Part shown: positions 1 through 11,667 of the stretch, in pieces
Layout: each line of letters starts with the position of its first letter
Position numbering within the stretch: the stretch's first letter is position 1
IMG/VR virus record: IMGVR_UViG_3300009499_000148
Location: 42,060-106,059 of that record
Source: a virus
DNA: 64,000 nt
Reading direction: 5' to 3' (one strand)
Made by a program: the position numbers and the translations under genes
The notes under the pieces: generated by a model
Told to the model about the DNA's origin: nothing
The model's input: only the letters and a program-made list of their open reading frames with translations
Databases searched by the model: none

Positions 1-324
1 GTCGACCGTGAGATTCTCAAAATCAAGCTCCTTGCTCCACTCATGGCTGTTATTGACTAGAATGTCGATGCGACCCGTTCTGTTGAGAACGACATCAACG
101 ATTGATGACATCGGGTCTGCTGTGACGTCAGCGACGACTGTGTGAAAGTTGCTGACATTGATGTGTGTCGTGAATGATGTGCTCTTACCCCTCGACACGG
201 CAAAGACATCACAGCCAAGCTCACTCAATGTCTCACACATCGGAGCGCCGAGCCACCCAGTGCCTCCAGTGACTATCGCAGTGCGACCCTTGAGGTCAAT
301 CAGCTCATTTATCGGTTTCATCAT
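1..324 (-). CDS. SDR family oxidoreductase (partial, runs off the left edge)
   Basis: Manual translation MMKPINELIDLKGRTAIVTGGTGWLG...GRIDILVNNS; TGxxGxxG Rossmann motif. Not in the ORF track. Confidence 0.85.
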   Translation of the reverse strand, partial: MMKPINELIDLKGRTAIVTGGTGWLGAPMCETLSELGCDVFAVSRGKSTSFTTHINVSNFHTVVADVTADPMSSIVDVVLNRTGRIDILVNNSHEWSKELDFENLTVD

Positions 325-1132
325 ACCCAAGAATTCTATTAACAAATGCAACGTTGTTCATGAAAAGCTCTTTCTCTTTGCCGTTCTCACCGCGTGCTGT
401 CTGAAACGTCACATACTCTACACATGGCCATCCCTTGATGTACTCGATATCATCCAACGAGGTGTTTCCCTGACCGAGTGGCACTGTCGAACCAAGCCTC
501 TTTGAAAAATCCTTCACATGAACATTATCAACCCATTTGCTGACATGCTTATCGTAATCTGTGATGTAGATGCCGTGCTTCGTCATGTTTCCCGTGTCCA
601 TCGTGATACGAAAAACATCATCATGCTTGTTCAAGAGCTGCATCATCGCCTCTAACGTGTACGGGTCGAGGTCTGTCTCTAAAGAGAACGTGATGCCTTT
701 CCATATCCTAGCGACATTGACGAGCTCCATCATCACGCAAAGCATGAGTGATGTATCGTGTGCAAGCGATGCCTTCTCAAGGAATGGAAGCACAAGCTTT
801 CTGATGTGTTGCTTCTGCAACGTTACACATGCATCAGCCAACACTCTGCTTCTGAACGATGACGATATGAACTCATCAGATATCAGAACGTCTAGACACA
901 CTGCACTGACATCAACGGGTAGCTTTCTCACATCACACCTGTCAAGCTGCAACACTGACTCACGCTCAGTCCATATCCACTCGATGTGTGATGCTTTGAC
1001 CTCACGTGCTATGTCAAACTCTTCTTCCCATCGACCCCATGGAAAGCTCTGGATGAAATCACTCTCCTGTGGAAGAAGACGTCCCTGTATCACACCGTAC
1101 ATACGCGGTGTCGTGCGTATGAAATCACTCAT
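305..1132 (-). CDS. Sugar phosphate isomerase/epimerase (xylose isomerase-like TIM barrel)
   Basis: GVIQGRL..FPW..WEEEF N-terminus; SLETD, MDTGN, NVHVKD, VPLGQG motifs. Confidence 0.75.
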   Translation of the reverse strand: MSDFIRTTPRMYGVIQGRLLPQESDFIQSFPWGRWEEEFDIAREVKASHIEWIWTERESVLQLDRCDVRKLPVDVSAVCLDVLISDEFISSSFRSRVLADACVTLQKQHIRKLVLPFLEKASLAHDTSLMLCVMMELVNVARIWKGITFSLETDLDPYTLEAMMQLLNKHDDVFRITMDTGNMTKHGIYITDYDKHVSKWVDNVHVKDFSKRLGSTVPLGQGNTSLDDIEYIKGWPCVEYVTFQTARGENGKEKELFMNNVAFVNRILGYDETDK

Positions 1133-1312
1133 CGCTTTTCAACATCCGTGAGACGCTGTCAGTGATTGACGACGTCAATGAACCCACAAGAGGTATGTGC
1201 AACAGAGAATGTGCATTTATGATATCGATTCGATTGATAAGCACATTCTCTGTATACTGAATGTTTCGACCTGAGAAGTCAAGGGCATCAGTCATACACA
1301 CGCCCGACGCTT

Positions 1313-1882
1313 TCATCGATTGTCCTCGTACAGTGCGGCGCGCCTGGCAGAGCGTTCTAGCTCTGAGATGATGCCGCTAAGACCGAAAATACAATCACCT
1401 GAAAGAATCAGCTCCTGCATACCTATGAACGTAGATGTTTCTGTCGTGTTGAGATTCCAGATACGCTTGAACTGCTTAGAGTGTAGCATGCAAACATCAC
1501 CCATCGGTTCTCCATCATCGTTAACGATTGCAAAGACGTAATACGTGTCATCGCCGTCTTTATTGAATGACTCAACATGGTCGTGTGTAGCAGTGATTGT
1601 CGTTCCATTTTTCACAGACTTACAGCTCAATCTTGCGAATCGCCGACCGTTCGAATAAAGCAAGATGCCGCCGTACCTCTCGTCTAGGCTCGGTATGAAT
1701 GATGAAAACAGCTGCCTCGATGAAGACTTTCCACAAAACGCGTCGATTAGTTGTTTAATTGTCACGATACGAACACAATCAACATTCAACTTGGCGCTCA
1801 ACATCCGCTGCATATATTTTTCAAAATCATGGCCCTGCTTAGCTCTGCCTGATTCTTTATCATACGTCATGATGCTCTCCAA
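1313..1882 (-). CDS. Hypothetical protein, possible PD-(D/E)xK nuclease fold
   Basis: GHDFE helix and LSCKS motif; weak. Confidence 0.35.
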   Translation of the reverse strand: MESIMTYDKESGRAKQGHDFEKYMQRMLSAKLNVDCVRIVTIKQLIDAFCGKSSSRQLFSSFIPSLDERYGGILLYSNGRRFARLSCKSVKNGTTITATHDHVESFNKDGDDTYYVFAIVNDDGEPMGDVCMLHSKQFKRIWNLNTTETSTFIGMQELILSGDCIFGLSGIISELERSARRAALYEDNR

Positions 1883-2095
1883 TCAAATCTCATTAGCACA
1901 CGTGCGTGTGCATTCATCGCAACAGTTGCAGACATCATCATCACAACCGTTGACGTCGCTATCATATGGGCATGGATGACGTTTAGTGCCAGCGTTTATG
2001 CCGCACTTTTTGCATTTTCTTTTTCGTTGTCTCTTAACGTCAATCGGCTTCACACTCTCATCACTGCTTTCATCATGTTTCATATGATTGTCCAT
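1883..2095 (-). CDS. Small Cys-rich Zn-binding protein
   Basis: CKKC..HPCP..CNCCDECTRTC. Confidence 0.55.
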   Translation of the reverse strand: MDNHMKHDESSDESVKPIDVKRQRKRKCKKCGINAGTKRHPCPYDSDVNGCDDDVCNCCDECTRTCANEI

Positions 2096-2763
2096 CCACC
2101 GTCAATGATTATCTCTGCACCCGTCATGTATCTGTTATCTTGTGAAAGAAGCATTCTCATGGCTGGCTCAAGGTCCTTCAGTGAAGCCATCCTACCCATC
2201 GGTGCATACGAGCCATATAGGTTCTTAAACTCAATCGGTTGGTCATGTGAGACACCGCCAGGAACGATGCAGTTGACGCGTATGTCGGGTGCAAGATGCA
2301 CAGCAAGGATTCGTGTCAGATGTGCAACGCCCGCTTTCGACACAGAGTAACCAACGTGCTTATGAGCGCCGTCATACATGTCTGGTCGAGCAGAGACGAT
2401 GCCAGTCGATGCACCAAAATTAACGATGTTGCCGTGCTTGTTGTTTCGTGCATACTCACGACAGACTGAAAAGAGCGACGTGAGATTGACCTCAAGACAG
2501 TCTCTAAAGCTCTGCAAAGGAAGGTCGAACAGCGTTCCTCTCTTCTCACCTGAAGCAACGTGGTCGTTGAATGCGAACAGATTCACTATCGATGATGCCT
2601 GGCCCTGCGGAGATGCAAAGAACTCCCTGACATACGCTTCATCAGTGAGGTCATGGCCGAGCGCGACATCAAGCTCGATGACCTCCTCAAGCAACGTATT
2701 CATTATGAACTGCACCATGTGCTGTCCAATCAATCCCCTAGAACCTGCAACTATCACAGTCAT
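2080..2763 (-). CDS. SDR oxidoreductase (PtmA/FlmA-like)
   Basis: GSRGLIG, catalytic YSVSK, IRVNCIVPGG, IDGG. Confidence 0.9.
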   Translation of the reverse strand: MTVIVAGSRGLIGQHMVQFIMNTLLEEVIELDVALGHDLTDEAYVREFFASPQGQASSIVNLFAFNDHVASGEKRGTLFDLPLQSFRDCLEVNLTSLFSVCREYARNNKHGNIVNFGASTGIVSARPDMYDGAHKHVGYSVSKAGVAHLTRILAVHLAPDIRVNCIVPGGVSHDQPIEFKNLYGSYAPMGRMASLKDLEPAMRMLLSQDNRYMTGAEIIIDGGWTII

Positions 2764-3638
2764 TTTTCGACCTCAATAATTGAAAAATTTTTCGACCTTA
2801 CATCACTTTCACGTATTCTAACTAATTTTAGACAATGCTCAGCAAACCATTGATTTTGTTCTTTATCAGTTTGAATTTTTTTCAAAATTACTTTATCTCT
2901 AGCAGAACTTGAATTAAGAAGTTGTTCTATCGATCTATCAAGACCATGCCAATAATCACCATCAACTTGAATATAAAGCTTTTTAGACTTAACATAAAAA
3001 TCGATCGGCCACTTATGAACAAACACTTGATATTCAACATCATCAATTCCAAACAGTTTTTGAAGAAAAATATCTACATGACATTCAGGCTGTGTTTTTT
3101 GTCCATATGATGAATTTCGCTTCATCGTTTCATGTTGTCTAGCCCTAATCGACGGATCATTTTCAATGGCTTTTTTCATAGAAAAGCTTTTTTTCATTTT
3201 GACTTCAGGTCTATTTTGAGATTCTGTAAGAGAGATTATCCGTTTTTCTCTAACAACTGGATCTATCCAACTAATTTTTAGCTTTTCACTTTTTTTGAAT
3301 CGAACTTCAGGTCTATTTTGTGCTTCTTTATTTGAGATTCGTTGTTTTTCTTTGACTGTCGGATTAGCTTGTATCTTTTTTGATATCTCAGAACGTATTT
3401 TTCTTACACCAGGTTGAGACCAGATTTCTTTTTGAGCTTTACTCTTTTTTTCTCGAATATCATCACGATTAGCAAACTCTTTCATTGCTAGTTTATGATT
3501 TTTTTTAGCTTCTACTGTTTGACAACCATTTCTTTGTGAAAGATCTCTAATCTCTTTCCATTTTTCATCATGATGCTTACGATGAATACGCATTCCTTTG
3601 TTTGATTGAAAATTTCGAAGACAAATATCACAAATCAT
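2760..3638 (-). mobile_element. Free-standing homing endonuclease: C2H2 finger + 17-aa repeats + Vsr/DUF559-like nuclease
   Basis: CDIC..HRKHH; P-periodic repeats; IDFYV..IQVDGDYWHG; AT-rich relative to flanks. Confidence 0.8.
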
Positions 3639-4597
3639 CTTTTATTCCATTCTTTAACTTGACTAATAAAATCAATGCCAACATTTCGTGACCACTGTTG
3701 ACATATTTGCTGTGTAATCAGCCCCATTGGTTCTGAGTTAATACAACCCTTTATCAATTGCCCGTTGAGACGATTACATGGAATAAGATTAGTGAACGTC
3801 CCAGTGAAAAATGCCTCATCTGCATTTAGAACATCATAAGGTTCAAAATTACATTCAATAACCTCGAGACCAAGCACCGGTGCTATGACATCGATGATGT
3901 ACGTCATGCTACATCCACGAAGCACATTCCTGAGTTCTGGAACGATAATCTTACGGTCTTTAATGATGACAAAGTTCGCACCTGTGCCCTCTGCGATAAG
4001 ACCCTGTTCATCAAGCAGTAGCGCCTGCGCGTCCTTACCGTAGTGATTGGCCTGGATGTTCGCCAACATTAGATGAGCCCTTGAACGAGATTTCACCTTA
4101 GGGTCGAGGTATTGAGACGATATCTGTCTCTGCGGCACGATGACAGCATTCGCACCAGTCTCATAGAAATGAGCCATCGTCTTTGCTGTCTTACTGAGAG
4201 GCCATGCGTTGATAATCCACGTCGGCTGGCCCCATTCCTCACCCTCATCAAGCTCAAATACCTCACGATACACAGGTAGTGGGCCACGAGAGACATTAAT
4301 CATGAAACGATACTCGTCATCTCTATAATGGGATTCATTCCTAACCATGACATCATGGATGATATCACGGAGCTCATTTCGCGTCTTATTGATGGGAATT
4401 GAAAAGCTTCTCATCGATGAAAAAAGTCTATCGATGTGCTCGTCGAGTAAGAAATGACGATGAACAAACGTTCGATGCATCTCAAAACAACCATCACCAA
4501 ACATGAATTGTGAATCAGTCCATGAGATGGAAAGCTCCTCATCAGGAAGCCAACGACCATTCTTATAACCGATGCGGCCCGTAGAAATTGGTCTCAT
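3635..4597 (-). CDS. Class IV PLP aminotransferase (IlvE/D-amino acid transaminase-like)
   Basis: GDGCFE, KSRSR, EGTGANF, VLRGCS, ADEAFFTGT. Confidence 0.9.
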   Translation of the reverse strand: MRPISTGRIGYKNGRWLPDEELSISWTDSQFMFGDGCFEMHRTFVHRHFLLDEHIDRLFSSMRSFSIPINKTRNELRDIIHDVMVRNESHYRDDEYRFMINVSRGPLPVYREVFELDEGEEWGQPTWIINAWPLSKTAKTMAHFYETGANAVIVPQRQISSQYLDPKVKSRSRAHLMLANIQANHYGKDAQALLLDEQGLIAEGTGANFVIIKDRKIIVPELRNVLRGCSMTYIIDVIAPVLGLEVIECNFEPYDVLNADEAFFTGTFTNLIPCNRLNGQLIKGCINSEPMGLITQQICQQWSRNVGIDFISQVKEWNKR

Positions 4598-4631
4598 TGG
4601 ATGACCCTCAACAAGATACAGTTAAAAAAAA

Positions 4632-5357
4632 TCATCCCTCAATCTGCCTCTTCTTCCAATCATCATTACGATACTGATTGATGACCGTCAGCCCAGGATG
4701 TTTCATGAAGAAATCGACAATCTCAGAACGAGTGCATCCAGAGCCAAGGATGCGATGCACTGTCGAAATGACCCAATAATCTTGCTCATAATCAAGCGTA
4801 AGACGGATGTCCTTCTCAATCGGTTCAACATAAAATCCAAGCATCGCCTGCTTCAGACCCGGCAACAGATGCTTCCACACCATCTCAGTGCTGATGTTTG
4901 GATTAACGTTGTCAAGCGACGATACTATCGACGACGTCTTGAATGCCCAGCCATGTGAGCCAAGATACGCATCCATGTTAGGAGCAACGACGTCTAGGCC
5001 CCTTGCTTCAAGCTGGTCCATCGACTGCTGACACAACCCACCATCAAAGAATGGGTCGTCAGCATCGACTGTGATGAACTGTTTCACACCAAAACGCTCA
5101 CATGCCTGTGCCCACCTCAACATCTTATTCTGAGCAGGGCCCCTGTGGATACGTTCTCCGACGATTGGACGCAACATCTTCACAAGAGCATCATCAGAAG
5201 AGTCATCTGTCGTCGCGATGATGGGAGAAAATCCGAACCCGATGCATCTATGAACGACATGCTGTATCACAGTCGTCGTGCCAAGAGGCAGGAGACACTT
5301 TCCAGGAAGCCGCGTCGATGCAGTTCGAACAGAGATGATTGCATCAATCATTCCCAT
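4632..5357 (-). CDS. Cytidylyltransferase (SpsF/KdsB/NeuA-like)
   Basis: VRTASTRLPGKCLLPL, DADDPF, RLTLDYEQD. Confidence 0.85.
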   Translation of the reverse strand: MGMIDAIISVRTASTRLPGKCLLPLGTTTVIQHVVHRCIGFGFSPIIATTDDSSDDALVKMLRPIVGERIHRGPAQNKMLRWAQACERFGVKQFITVDADDPFFDGGLCQQSMDQLEARGLDVVAPNMDAYLGSHGWAFKTSSIVSSLDNVNPNISTEMVWKHLLPGLKQAMLGFYVEPIEKDIRLTLDYEQDYWVISTVHRILGSGCTRSEIVDFFMKHPGLTVINQYRNDDWKKRQIEG

Positions 5358-5604
5358 GCTCCTTCTCAAGAACACGCATCAGATGCTTGAACGTCGAACG
5401 CATGAACGCGGGGGCGGGTGTTGTTGCACCGTCCATCCAATGCTTAATCGTCTGTTGCGACACACCCATCTTCTCAGCAAGGTCTGCAAGCTTAAATTGC
5501 ATCAATGCATATGCATTCACTAACGCTGTCCTACATGCGGGTGCATCCTCAAAATCAACAGCACGAAGCTCATCCATCAATGCAATGTATTCACTGACAT
5601 CCAT
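5344..5604 (-). CDS. XRE-family HTH protein
   Basis: LADLAEKMGVSQQTIKHWMDGATTP. Confidence 0.75.
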   Translation of the reverse strand: MDVSEYIALMDELRAVDFEDAPACRTALVNAYALMQFKLADLAEKMGVSQQTIKHWMDGATTPAPAFMRSTFKHLMRVLEKEHGND

Positions 5605-6584
5605 TATGTGAATAACTGTATCATGAATTGATGAACGTTTTCACTGGCGACATCGACACGATTCAAATGAGCGCCACGGCACATACCAACGATTGCATCA
5701 ACGTCTGTTTCAAGCAAACGCGTGTATAGGTCATGCTCAGGATGTGAAAATGTGCTCCATGGATGCTTGTCTGGGTGAAGGTCAATGTTTATGTACCTAC
5801 AACCGGCCTCGATGAGGTCAGTGTATGCAGTCGAACCGAATCCGACGACTGCGCGTGATGCCAACGCCAGCTCAATGCCCTCCGCGGGATACCACACATC
5901 ATCCCACACAACAGTGCAGTCTGACGATGAGACTGCCTGATGCTTGCGGCGTTGCTTAACAACGACAGAGAATCCATCGTCTTTGAGCGCCGTGATGACA
6001 GCGTTTGCTGATGCAACATCACCCGCATCAGGATAAAAGATGAGGATGCGCTTTTCATCGACATCAACCCTTGATGCTCCATCCCAGAATGGAATTGGGT
6101 GTGGCGGGTGGAGAAGATTGAGACGAGAGCCACGAGAACGAACATGCTCAATCATCCATCGTGTCGGACAGACATACACATCACACAGCGCAGAGACGTC
6201 ATCGTGGTGCCAATTACAATCGAACCCGTGCTGTATCGATACTCTCTTAACGTTGCTACTGAACCTCTCTGCAGGAAACTCAAGCGACACAGCGTAATCA
6301 ACGACAGACGAAGTATCAAACGGCCTAACCTCTGCCCAGGGACAGCGTTCACTGACACGGTCGAGCAGCACCTGAAAGTTCTCGTGTCGTGCGAAACCGT
6401 TATACTTCTCACTTCGTCTTGAGACATCGAACGACTGGACGACATCTGGCATGACATGATGTAGCACCCTACTGAAGGGTATCATGTAGCGAAGCTCAGT
6501 GAGCCCCGTCATGATGAACGATGCGCGCTTCATCTCTTTGGATGGCCCAATGTGATTATGTAGAGCTGTGGAGATGCTGGCCAA
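5604..6584 (-). CDS. Putative GT-B fold transferase (capsule/CDP-glycerol transferase-like)
   Basis: IQHG, GFGSTAYTD motifs; cluster context. Confidence 0.45.
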   Translation of the reverse strand: MASISTALHNHIGPSKEMKRASFIMTGLTELRYMIPFSRVLHHVMPDVVQSFDVSRRSEKYNGFARHENFQVLLDRVSERCPWAEVRPFDTSSVVDYAVSLEFPAERFSSNVKRVSIQHGFDCNWHHDDVSALCDVYVCPTRWMIEHVRSRGSRLNLLHPPHPIPFWDGASRVDVDEKRILIFYPDAGDVASANAVITALKDDGFSVVVKQRRKHQAVSSSDCTVVWDDVWYPAEGIELALASRAVVGFGSTAYTDLIEAGCRYINIDLHPDKHPWSTFSHPEHDLYTRLLETDVDAIVGMCRGAHLNRVDVASENVHQFMIQLFT

Positions 6585-7168
6585 AGCATCTTGAACCTGA
6601 TGCGTTCGTAATCGTAATCAACGAGCGCTGGCACCTCATCACAGATGATTTTATCAATGTCGGGTGCATCAGAATACCCGAAGCGCCCAGCGATGCTCTT
6701 CACAAACGCCTGGACCTCGGGTTGCATCACAAACTCATGACGCCATAGGCATGAATGAAGCGTGTTACGTTTATCATACGCCCACTCATGCTCACCGTTC
6801 CTGACCCAACCGACCTTGAACGCATCGAAGCGCCAATGGTCGCCGAGCCCAAAATCAAGCATGATGCGCCCACCAACATTGAGATGAGCATCACACCTAT
6901 CGATGAAATCACGTGGATTACGTGAAAAATACGGACACCTCGTCGAGACTATCAGGTCGTACTTTCGCTTGAGGCTCCACTCTGAGTTGATGTCCCACGA
7001 ACCTGCTCCACCCAGACGAATGTCATAGAAGTCTCTGACAGAGCCTGGCACAGACGCTGTGAAAGCGTTCTCTCCATCGAACCCCAAGAACGCAGTTGCA
7101 TCAGACATGACGCCCTCAAGTATCTGTCGATACTCTGCAAAAATGTATGGGTCAGACTTACCCATCAC
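6530..7168 (-). CDS. SAM-dependent methyltransferase-like protein
   Basis: KYDLIV and HLNVGG motifs. Confidence 0.5.
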   Translation of the reverse strand: MMGKSDPYIFAEYRQILEGVMSDATAFLGFDGENAFTASVPGSVRDFYDIRLGGAGSWDINSEWSLKRKYDLIVSTRCPYFSRNPRDFIDRCDAHLNVGGRIMLDFGLGDHWRFDAFKVGWVRNGEHEWAYDKRNTLHSCLWRHEFVMQPEVQAFVKSIAGRFGYSDAPDIDKIICDEVPALVDYDYERIRFKMLWPASPQLYIITLGHPKR

Positions 7169-7887
7169 ATGCTACCTGACATGAGACCGTCGATAAAACT
7201 GAACTCATACTCACCGACATGCTCATGAAGGAATGCAATCAGCTCTGTCGTCATCTCACTAGAAAGGTAGTTGCTGTCCCATTCACATGCATGATACATG
7301 ACCTCGAGTGCATCATCACGCATGACCAATGGCTTCTGCGGAGGAGCACAGTGATACATCACATGTCTCAAAGATGCATAGGCACCGTCATACGTCTTCA
7401 TCGCATAATCATCTGGGCTCAATGCAAACAACGTAAAGCCCCTATCGTGGAATGCACGCATCGCATCAGGGCTCATACGCCATGCAGGAGGCCTGATGAT
7501 GGGCTTGAATGCATCGATGAGGCCGGCCTTGGTGACACCTTCGAACATCCCATCGATGACACACAATGCATCGTCGTAGCTCAGGTGCTGTAATTCATCA
7601 TTATTTGACCTGCCCGGTATCCCATGATGAAGACCATGATATGCAAGCTCATAGTTATTCTTGTCTAGACCACGCAACACATCACAGAAGTCGGGATGCT
7701 CATGAAGCCAAAGGGGTTCTGCTGTCGCCGTGTGCCCCACTGTTCTCCAGTATGCTATCGGGACGAACAGCGTGAACTTTACATCAGGAAATTCCTTGAT
7801 GATGCGCTCACACTGCCGAAGCACACGTATTGATGACATCGGGTGTGGAGAAACATCGTCTATTGATATGTTCAGAGGTGTTGTCAT
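7165..7887 (-). CDS. Polysaccharide deacetylase (DUF2334/NodB-like)
   Basis: ISIDD, YHGLHH, RPPAW. Confidence 0.85.
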   Translation of the reverse strand: MTTPLNISIDDVSPHPMSSIRVLRQCERIIKEFPDVKFTLFVPIAYWRTVGHTATAEPLWLHEHPDFCDVLRGLDKNNYELAYHGLHHGIPGRSNNDELQHLSYDDALCVIDGMFEGVTKAGLIDAFKPIIRPPAWRMSPDAMRAFHDRGFTLFALSPDDYAMKTYDGAYASLRHVMYHCAPPQKPLVMRDDALEVMYHACEWDSNYLSSEMTTELIAFLHEHVGEYEFSFIDGLMSGSM

Positions 7888-8759
7888 TTTTTGGGTCTTC
7901 CAAACGTCCACCCCAATTCAAGATACTTGTCGACTTCATCTACTTTGACATGCTTATATCCAGACATCTCTGGATTCGACATTATCTTTCGACCTGAAAG
8001 ACTTTCAGTCATTTTCTTTTTATTTTTAGGATTTGAGAATTGGCGCTTAGTTGCTATACGTTGCTTTTCTTTCGTTTCTGGATTTGACATCGCTAACTTT
8101 ATTGCATCACTTCGACGTTTTTTAACGTCAGGCCTTGCATCAGTAACTTTTCTACGAAGTTTTCGATCGGCATCAGTCCACATTTTTCGAAGACCTTTGC
8201 TGCGATTTTCTTTTGCTTTTGGCGTCGACAAGCTTTCTTTAACAGCTTTTGAATGACGCTCCTTTACGTCTGGTTTATTTAAAGCATTTTTTATCGCTAC
8301 ATTACGCTTTTCACGATTTTCAATACTAGCATTTGCCCATACTGCTTTGCTAGCAGCTGATTGTCTAGCCTTTACTTCAGGTAATGCTAACGTTTCTTTC
8401 ATTGAAAGGCTTAGTCGTAGTAATGCTTCTTCACTCAAAGACGAGCCTCCAGCTAGTTTATTATAACCGTACCTTGAATCATTCGTTTTCCATAGTGCTA
8501 TATGTTCAATTTCTCGTTTATCAAGCTCTTCTCTTGATGAACATTCACAAACTAACTGCCACTTGAACCCGTTAAAGCCGTATTTCTTTAGAGCATTATC
8601 TAAATGAAGATTATGACCTTTCTTGCTATATCTCTTAGAGAGATATTTCAATAAATCAACTACTGCAACTCGATTTCTTGTTTGTCCAACATAACGTTTT
8701 TGATTTACAATGTTCGTTGCACAATAAATCACTCCATAAACATTAGACATACTTTTCAA
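7884..8759 (-). mobile_element. GIY-YIG homing endonuclease with 17-aa repeats
   Basis: GVIY..TN..N.KRYVGQT, RE..I, GYN; AT-rich. Confidence 0.9.
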
Positions 8760-9696
8760 TTAACTCCACTAATGATTGACCAGCGCTTTTTCTAATATTA
8801 TAAACAGGAAAATTTCCAGCATTGACACGATTTGCTAGTGTTGATAATGCTGTCTCGAACGACTCATTGAATGATTCTCCACAATTTCTGACATACTCTG
8901 GGATGCTTCCTCCATTCATATGATAAAGGATGGGAAGGCCACAAGCCATCGCCTCTAGAACGTGGTTGGCGCCTGCCTCTTCCTCAGACGCTGTCACATA
9001 CACATCATGCATCGGAAGAGACCTCGCAAGCTCATCGACGTCTAACACACCAGATGATGTGAATGTTGCCGTATCGGGTGCACGTCCGTAGAACGTGAAC
9101 GTGTGCCCATTGTTCTTACACCACGCATCGAGCTCATTGTAGAACGCGAAGCCCTTCTTCGGGTTCATCGACCAATGATGCGTCACGAACCTGATGTTCT
9201 TCTGAGGAATTGGACGACTCACACGTCTATGTGCAAAGAACGCTGGATTGGGTGAATTCCAAATGACAGCATAGTCATTCATCATCTTTCCTAGCTTGAA
9301 AAGACTGTCATTGACCATCGTGGAGCACCACTCACTTGGAAATATCACGAAGTCAGACACGGGTGCAGTTCGAATGACGAGGTTTCTCAACTCTGGTTTC
9401 CCATGTGTTCCAATGTCTCCGACGCGCTGCACGATGAACGGTCGCTGTGATGCATTCGGGAAGATTGCCATGATTGCATCGTGTGAAAGCTCATCACTCG
9501 TTGCACCCTGTCGTGGGTCCATGCAGAAAATGACATCGACACGTGCATCATCACGGAATGCATCTGATAATGAAAAGATGACATCATGACCAGCTGCACG
9601 TGCCTCATTGATGAATGACTGGAGGATGCGATTACCTCCTCCCCACGGGCCAGTGACCGGCTTGCGATTGCAGTATATCGTTAGTCTTGTTGTCAT
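8743..9696 (-). CDS. Glycosyltransferase family 4
   Basis: GPWGGG; EAGANHVLEAMACGLP (EX7E). Confidence 0.85.
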   Translation of the reverse strand: MTTRLTIYCNRKPVTGPWGGGNRILQSFINEARAAGHDVIFSLSDAFRDDARVDVIFCMDPRQGATSDELSHDAIMAIFPNASQRPFIVQRVGDIGTHGKPELRNLVIRTAPVSDFVIFPSEWCSTMVNDSLFKLGKMMNDYAVIWNSPNPAFFAHRRVSRPIPQKNIRFVTHHWSMNPKKGFAFYNELDAWCKNNGHTFTFYGRAPDTATFTSSGVLDVDELARSLPMHDVYVTASEEEAGANHVLEAMACGLPILYHMNGGSIPEYVRNCGESFNESFETALSTLANRVNAGNFPVYNIRKSAGQSLVELIEKYV

Positions 9697-10790
9697 GATT
9701 GTGCTCGTTTTAATGCAGTGATGATTTTCTGACGTGCTAAATCAACATCATCGTACGACCATACAATAATAACATTATATCCCATTTTTTCAAGCTCTAA
9801 AACCCTTCTTCTATCTACATCCCACTTTTCTGATGCAGAGTACCCGAATCCTTTGACGATATCATCTGGCTTAAAGCGTAAAGGAGTTGCATGAACATGG
9901 TCGCCATAAAATTCAACAATGACTTTTTTTTCTTCATTGAGCTCATCGACGATTTTGCTTTTAACATGTTGCTCTGGTACAAACCCTAGCTCGTCCATTC
10001 CGATTAAGCTTCGCATTTTTTGATGAAGCTTTGAGAGACGACATCCTGAACGGGACGTCTTTAAAAAGGCCTCAAGCTTTTCTGGATTATCTGCAAAATA
10101 CTGTTTCATTTTGGCAGATATCTTCGCACGCTTTTCTGGTTTAGAGTTCGCTACCCTAGTCGCATCAGCATGATGTTTCTTTTTTTCGACATCAGAGTAT
10201 GCTGCATTCACTGATGCTACTCTTTTTTCTCTAACATCAGGGCGATTTTGCGCTTCTTTTTGTGCATTGGAGCGCTTCTCTTTCATCTCTGGCGTTGCCA
10301 TCATTTCTATCATTTTTTTATGATAGTCTTCATTTAACCATAACAACTTAATTCTATTGCCGACTTTTTCTCGTCTAGTCGGGTCGTCGATATACACCTG
10401 TTTTTGTGCATCACTTCGTCGTTTTTTTACATCTGGACGAGCATTAGCTTCATCAATTGTGCGACGAAACTCATCAGAATTGTAGTACGCCTGTCGAGAA
10501 GCTCTCTTCTCAGGATTAGCATGTTGTTTTATGGCTGATAAGCTACGTTGCTTTCTAACCTCTGGCTGTGATGCATACGTTTTTGTAGCAATTCGTCTAC
10601 GTTCTCTTGATGCTGGGTCGTGGTTTTTAATATGAATCGCTAGACCGTTGCTCGTCTTGAACAGCCTATCACAGATAGGGCACTTAACATCGATGTTCTG
10701 CATTGCATGCACATGCTTCATGTGAATGCGGAGCCCCTTTAAAGAAGAAAACTCTCTATTACATTTTTCACAGCACAGATTGGAGGACAT
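9693..10790 (-). mobile_element. Homing endonuclease: two C2H2 fingers + 17-aa repeats + DUF559-like nuclease
   Basis: CEKC..H..H, CPIC..H..H; VDE..IVEFYGDHVH; GYNVIIVW. Confidence 0.8.
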
Positions 10791-11667
10791 ATTCGTACCT
10801 CTCTGCGACGTATCCGATGTCGATGTTAGTGTCAAATCTGCCCTGTCTTACAAGAGAAAAGTCCATTTTCGGTGGGTTGTACAACTCACATGGTTTAAAG
10901 TCCCACTCATCTTCTAGAATTATTGTAGAGTCTAAACCAGCAATCTCTTCTGTGCCACCTGTGGATGAACAAATGATATGACAACCAGCGGCGCGCGCAT
11001 CAACAACAATGTTCGGGCAATGGTCGATATACGCGCAATGGATGAACGTGTCTGTCGCTCTCAACAGTGATATAAGCGCATCTCGCTCTAAATCTCCAGC
11101 ATAGAACACACGCGTGTCTGCGATTCTAACGTCTGGGTCCTTACCCGCGATTATTAGAACGTCTTTCGGGCCTGAGTGCTCCATGAAATACCTGATATTC
11201 TCTCCAAGACGCTTATGCGGTCGCCATGCAGACGCGCACGTCCATACTTTCTCAACATCATGGAGCTCAGGAACGTGAAGGGCGTCGCATGACTGTATGG
11301 CTTCAACGTCGGTACCGTTGTGAATCACATGCATGTTCATGCGTGCTCCGAAGTAATTCTCAACCAAACGCCTATCAAACTCTGACTGCACAATCACGCC
11401 CTCAACCCTCTTATACGTATCCCGTATCGGTCTGTTGAGAAGCTGCCAATCCTGCGCACTGTTGAACCATATGCCATCGAGGCGTTGCACTATTGGAAGG
11501 CCCTCAAGACGTTGCGTCGCCTGGATGAACGAGAGCTGTACATCTGGTGACTCATGCTTCTCAACAACCGTGTGCCCTCTCATTGATAGAGCAGTCGCTA
11601 TCTTGAGACCGAATCCATTCGGACCGCTTCTAGATTGAAGCTGCACATTGTCAAGCATGATACGCAT
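10768..11667 (-). CDS. Glycosyltransferase family 4
   Basis: IHNG, HKRL, DHCPNIVVDARAAG. Confidence 0.85.
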   Translation of the reverse strand: MRIMLDNVQLQSRSGPNGFGLKIATALSMRGHTVVEKHESPDVQLSFIQATQRLEGLPIVQRLDGIWFNSAQDWQLLNRPIRDTYKRVEGVIVQSEFDRRLVENYFGARMNMHVIHNGTDVEAIQSCDALHVPELHDVEKVWTCASAWRPHKRLGENIRYFMEHSGPKDVLIIAGKDPDVRIADTRVFYAGDLERDALISLLRATDTFIHCAYIDHCPNIVVDARAAGCHIICSSTGGTEEIAGLDSTIILEDEWDFKPCELYNPPKMDFSLVRQGRFDTNIDIGYVAERYEYVLQSVL